A DNA stretch of 64,000 nucleotides from Carpediemonas membranifera BICM (Eukaryota > Protista > Fornicata). The stretch is from assembly GCA_019828565.1 (NCBI GenBank), contig JAHDYR010000062.1:878421-942420 (forward strand), given 5' to 3'. The notes beneath the pieces were generated by a model. That model was not told the origin of the DNA. It saw only the letters and a list, made by a program, of their open reading frames with translations, and ran no database searches. Positions 59,978-64,000 of the stretch are shown here, in pieces. The position numbers and the translations under genes were made by a program. How positions within the stretch are numbered: position 1 is the first letter of the stretch; the number at the start of each line of letters is the position of its first letter.

Positions 59978-62900
59978 ATGAGAATAATATCGCTAAACAG
60001 CGAAGGGCACCTAGCGGGCGCAAACGATTACAGCGGATCCATAGCTTTATCCATCCGCAAGAGGATAAGGACTGATGCGATCCTCCTCCAGGAAACCAAG
60101 CGGTACGGTAATACCACCATCCCTTGCTGGGTAGATCTCCAGTACGCCTGTGCAGGAGAGGTCAAGCTATTAGAGGCAACACGCAAGCGACCCACAAAGG
60201 GACTGGCCACACTGATTAACCCGCACTCCAAAGCGGAATGGGACGTAGGCGTGTCCGACGGGACGAACCCACGAATCCAAGTAAGCATCCTCAAAGCATC
60301 GAGGGCCACGGCAGTCATCAATATCTACGCTCCCGATAGTGGATGTGCACGACCCGAGATTGAGGAGTTCGACCGGATGCTAGAGCAAACCGTCGCGAAC
60401 TATGAGGGGTGTGACATCATCATCATCGGGGACTGGAACAGGAGGCCAGGGAAACTCAGGCAAGCAACTGCGATGACCCTCCAGCGATGGAACCTCACCC
60501 CAATAGCACCAACTGCACCGACGTACGGGACTAACTCCCGAACGTCCACAATAGACTATGCAGCGGTAACAGGGGGTATCCAAAACCCGGTTGTTAGGGT
60601 AATAGACAAGACCACAATCGGGCACTGGGGGTCGGCACACAAAGCCATAGAGCTCACCTGGGATAGCAACCCGACAGGGAAACCAGAGATATCAAAGAGA
60701 CTGGAAATCCCACGGATCGATACGTGGCTGGTCAAACCCAGGAGAACAGGGCCCAAGCTAGAAGAGTGGCCACCACTAGACAGCAAAATACCAGTGGACG
60801 AGATGGAGACTCTCATAAGGAAATGGTTGTCCACCGGGTTTGCTACCTCCAGAAGGCACCCATTCGCTGTAGAAAACCAGGAACGTATCCCTAGTGAGGG
60901 TATGGGAACGGCTGGCCAAAGCCTCCACCTGGAGCAAAACCGCCGCCAAAGATATCAAAAAGTCCCTCAACGGAGCACTGAGCAGATCATGGAGGACCTT
61001 CCAACATGACTGGAATGAGCAGGTTGAGGTTGGATCCCGTGATGGGTACAAAACGACAAAAAGGATCCTCGCAAACCAAGTGTTCCGCTTCTGGAACGAG
61101 AAGCAGCACGCCGGTCTCCCGGTGATGCTGAAGGCTGGAAACAAGATTCTAGCAAGGCAGAGGGAGATTGCAGACTCCCTCCAGGAGCAGTACGCGAAGG
61201 TAAGCTCCGGGAAGGAACCCACCTGGGAACCCACCTGGGAAACCGAGCCGGAAACGGACATGGAGGACCATCCGCCATCGCTTGAAGAAGTGACAGCGGC
61301 GGTCAAGTCCATAAGGAAGTCCTCGGCCGGAGGCCCGGACGGGATTATTGGAGATTGTCTGAGGGACCTCCCCGAGTCAGCGTACGAGGCAATCACAGTC
61401 CTGCTCGCGAAAGTATACGACAGCGGGACCATGCCAACCACATGGAAGTATGCAGCGGTGTCGCCTATCCACAAGGTTGGGAAGGACAAGCTCACGCCCA
61501 GCTCGTACAGACCGATCTCCCTCACCCCCCTCCTATACAGAGCCTACGGGAGGATACTGAAATGGCGCCTCAGGCCGACGGTGGAGAAGTTCATCCCCAG
61601 AGAGCAAGTTGGGTTCATGAAAGGGAAAACTGTAGTGGATCACATAGCCCTCCTAGCCCAACTCCACCAGTCCGGAAACCGTACCAGCGTCCTACTTGAC
61701 ATAGCAAAAGCATATGATACGGTCCCAAGGGACCTGCTGGTGAACAAGTTGACGCTCATGGGGGGTACACCCAAGACTGACGAGGGCCATCCGAAATACA
61801 CTTACAGAAACGTACATCTCGGTACGAGGGGCAAGCACATGGTCCAGAACAAACATGGGGGTCAAGCAAGGATGTGTGGTGGCCCCCACTCTGTTCATTC
61901 TCTTCACAGCTAACTGGCTAAGCCAGGCGGCACTGTACCTCCGGCATAGAGAGATCCCGGACCCCTGCCTCCCTCCAACGGACGATAGGCCCAAACACTG
62001 CCTCATTGCAATGTTTGTAGATGATACAAGCATCTCAGCCGAGACCCCGCAGCTCGCCGAAGAAGGCACAGACGCAGTGGTCAGGGTAATTGAAGCCCAT
62101 GGACTCCAGACCAGCCCAGGCAAAAGTGTGGTGATAAGTACCGACGTAACTGCAGCGGTCAGCATCCAAGGAACTCCCACACTGGCGTCAGACTCAGCAA
62201 GGTATCTGGGACTCTGGCTAGCCAGCGGGAAGAATCCGTTGGCAGCATGCATCAAAATGAAGACGTCACAATCCCGGAAATACCTAGCCCTGGCAGGAGA
62301 GCAGGGTGGACCAAAGGATCCACCCCGGCCGCCACCTCGGAATCCATCCTCAGAACCTTCCTCTGGCCCAAGATCGAGTTCGGGATCGAGATCTGGGGCC
62401 AAGCGCCAGGGGAAGAGCCATCTGGAACAACTGGCGCGGCCTAATGGCAGGCACAGGACCAGGGGGAGGAGGAGCCGCCCGTGTACTAATGGGATGGATG
62501 TGCTGGGAGGCAGATATGGGGCAGAGAGCGGTGAGGCTCTATGAGTCTGCGCACGACCCGGACCGTCCGACCCCCCTAGGGAATCTGGACTGGGCGACAG
62601 CGGAGAGAGGATCGGTCTTACATCGCCTCTACCAATGGCGACGGAGCGTCCTCCAGGGCACACAGGAGGAGATGCCCGCCAGGGAAAGAGCAAAGAGGGG
62701 AGGCTGGACCCTCACAGCAGAAGAACTACTGCACACCGGGAGCCGAACGGCCAAAGGGGTGGCAACAGTACTAGCCCCGGAAGTCATCCTCAGCATGCAG
62801 CAAGGGAAGAGACCCAAGAAACCAGGAATGATCAAGGGTGAGATGATAACCAGACGGGAAGTCAAGAGAGTAATCATGACTGCATCCAACACACTCCCCT

Positions 62901-63350
62901 CCCCCAGCAACAGTGGCAGAAGCAGAGCCATACTTGGGAGCGCGATCGGCCAGCCCCAGGCCCTCCTGAGCAGGATCAAGCGGTGTTGCCCCCTATGTAC
63001 CCTGGACTCAGAAGGTGACACCATTACTCGCCTGTACACTGTCACCAGAACCGCGGCGGAAACCACCAAAAATCCTCTCAGAATGGGCATACAACCAGCC
63101 CCTGGGAACACAAAGCCACATCATCTGCCAATGCAAGGCGGTAGAACGCCCAGAAGGATGGAATGACATCCTGGCGGAGGCGCATCTACGCACACAGTAC
63201 CACGCCCTAAGGCAAGGGCAGGAGGCGGAGTGGTACAACTCAAGGGCAATCCTGGAAATGCTCTGGCTCCTCCGCAGCGAGGACCATACCGTCAGAGAGG
63301 GACTGCAGAACGGCAGACGTGCCCTTCTGAACCTCCGGAAAGACGGGTAA
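59978..63350 (+). CDS. LINE-B ORF2: AP endonuclease, reverse transcriptase, zinc knuckle (several indels)
   Basis: IISLN, LLQET, IGDWN, IDY, SAH; YRPISLT, LDIAKAYD, GVKQG, FVDD; CPLC...HIICQC. Confidence 0.92.
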
Positions 63351-64000
63351 GTACACCATCCCAGAATCCTATGACCTCTGGGACCAGGGTCAAACTGGGA
63401 CCCAACCCCCCGCCTCAACCGAAGCGGAGCGCTCCTGGGATCAGCGGGGGACGCAAGCCCCACGTATCCCGGTAGCACCCAGCCGCGGAAGGGGGACTCA
63501 ACCCCGAACACTAATCTCGCTAACACACAAACGCTCACCCATACTGGGAACGTAGACAACATTCAGCCGGCAGAACCGGCACACTCTTCACACGTATAAG
63601 AAATAACCCAGAGCCATAGGGCGGGGCACGTATGCACATGTATACACGTACGTGCGAGGTATCGGGGCGCAGCAGCCAAACAGGAGGGTAACCATAAGGC
63701 AACAATACCACCTGGGCGGCACCTGGACCAAATCAGAGCTGCGCCGAACGGCCCGGCACCCAAAACTTGGAACCAGCCGGAAGCTAGGAAGAAGCCCTAT
63801 AGGGAACAAATCCTTGAGGAGGGGATCCATGCCGGAACGGAAAGTGTGGAAGAGCCCGAACGCAGCCGTGAATCATATAGCTACCCAGCGATGATCGGTG
63901 GGTTTCATAACTGGCCCAATTGCGTGGTACGGCAAACGCCAAGCCCGAAACCGCTTCGGCGGGTGCCTGAAAAATTGCAAACTGGGTCGAATGGTATGGA

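Larger units (their letters stand above)
42214..64000 (+). mobile_element. LINE-B, a long APE-RT non-LTR retrotransposon (>10 kb net), split by element B and running off the window
   Basis: ORF1, ORF2 and 3' UTR motifs are homologous to LINE-A. The 5' junction is approximate. Confidence 0.8.

Overview
Eukaryotic (probably protist) DNA made almost entirely of nested transposable elements; I see no convincing host housekeeping gene. The consensus has many single-base indels in homopolymer runs (near-identical copies differ in run length), so most genes appear as split ORFs and were reassembled by eye. The main observation is a family of large cut-and-paste DNA transposons with a divergent CACTA/Mirage/Chapaev/Transib-like DDE transposase (~830-850 aa), 5'-CATRCTGT termini and a cargo of chromatin- and protein-modifying genes. 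Element B (47454-58806) is complete: 50-bp TIRs, a 2-bp GG target duplication, and genes for the transposase, a GNAT acetyltransferase, an OTU-like protease, a SET methyltransferase, a caspase/CHAT-like peptidase and a PHD-finger protein. Its divergent sister, element A (copy 1: <1-13667; copy 2: 28413-34269, interrupted), carries the transposase, PHD protein, OTU, SET (plus a chromodomain-like segment) and a Ser/Thr kinase, and shares a 66-bp near-invariant non-coding core with B. The other elements are: two APE-RT LINEs whose ORF1 contains a DEDDh exonuclease with a Maelstrom/arenavirus-NP-like zinc motif; a head-to-tail array of CRE-like RT-RLE retrotransposons; and two nested Ty3/gypsy elements, the inner one with 82-bp LTRs and no tRNA primer site. 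All domain calls come from motif recognition; no database searches were run.
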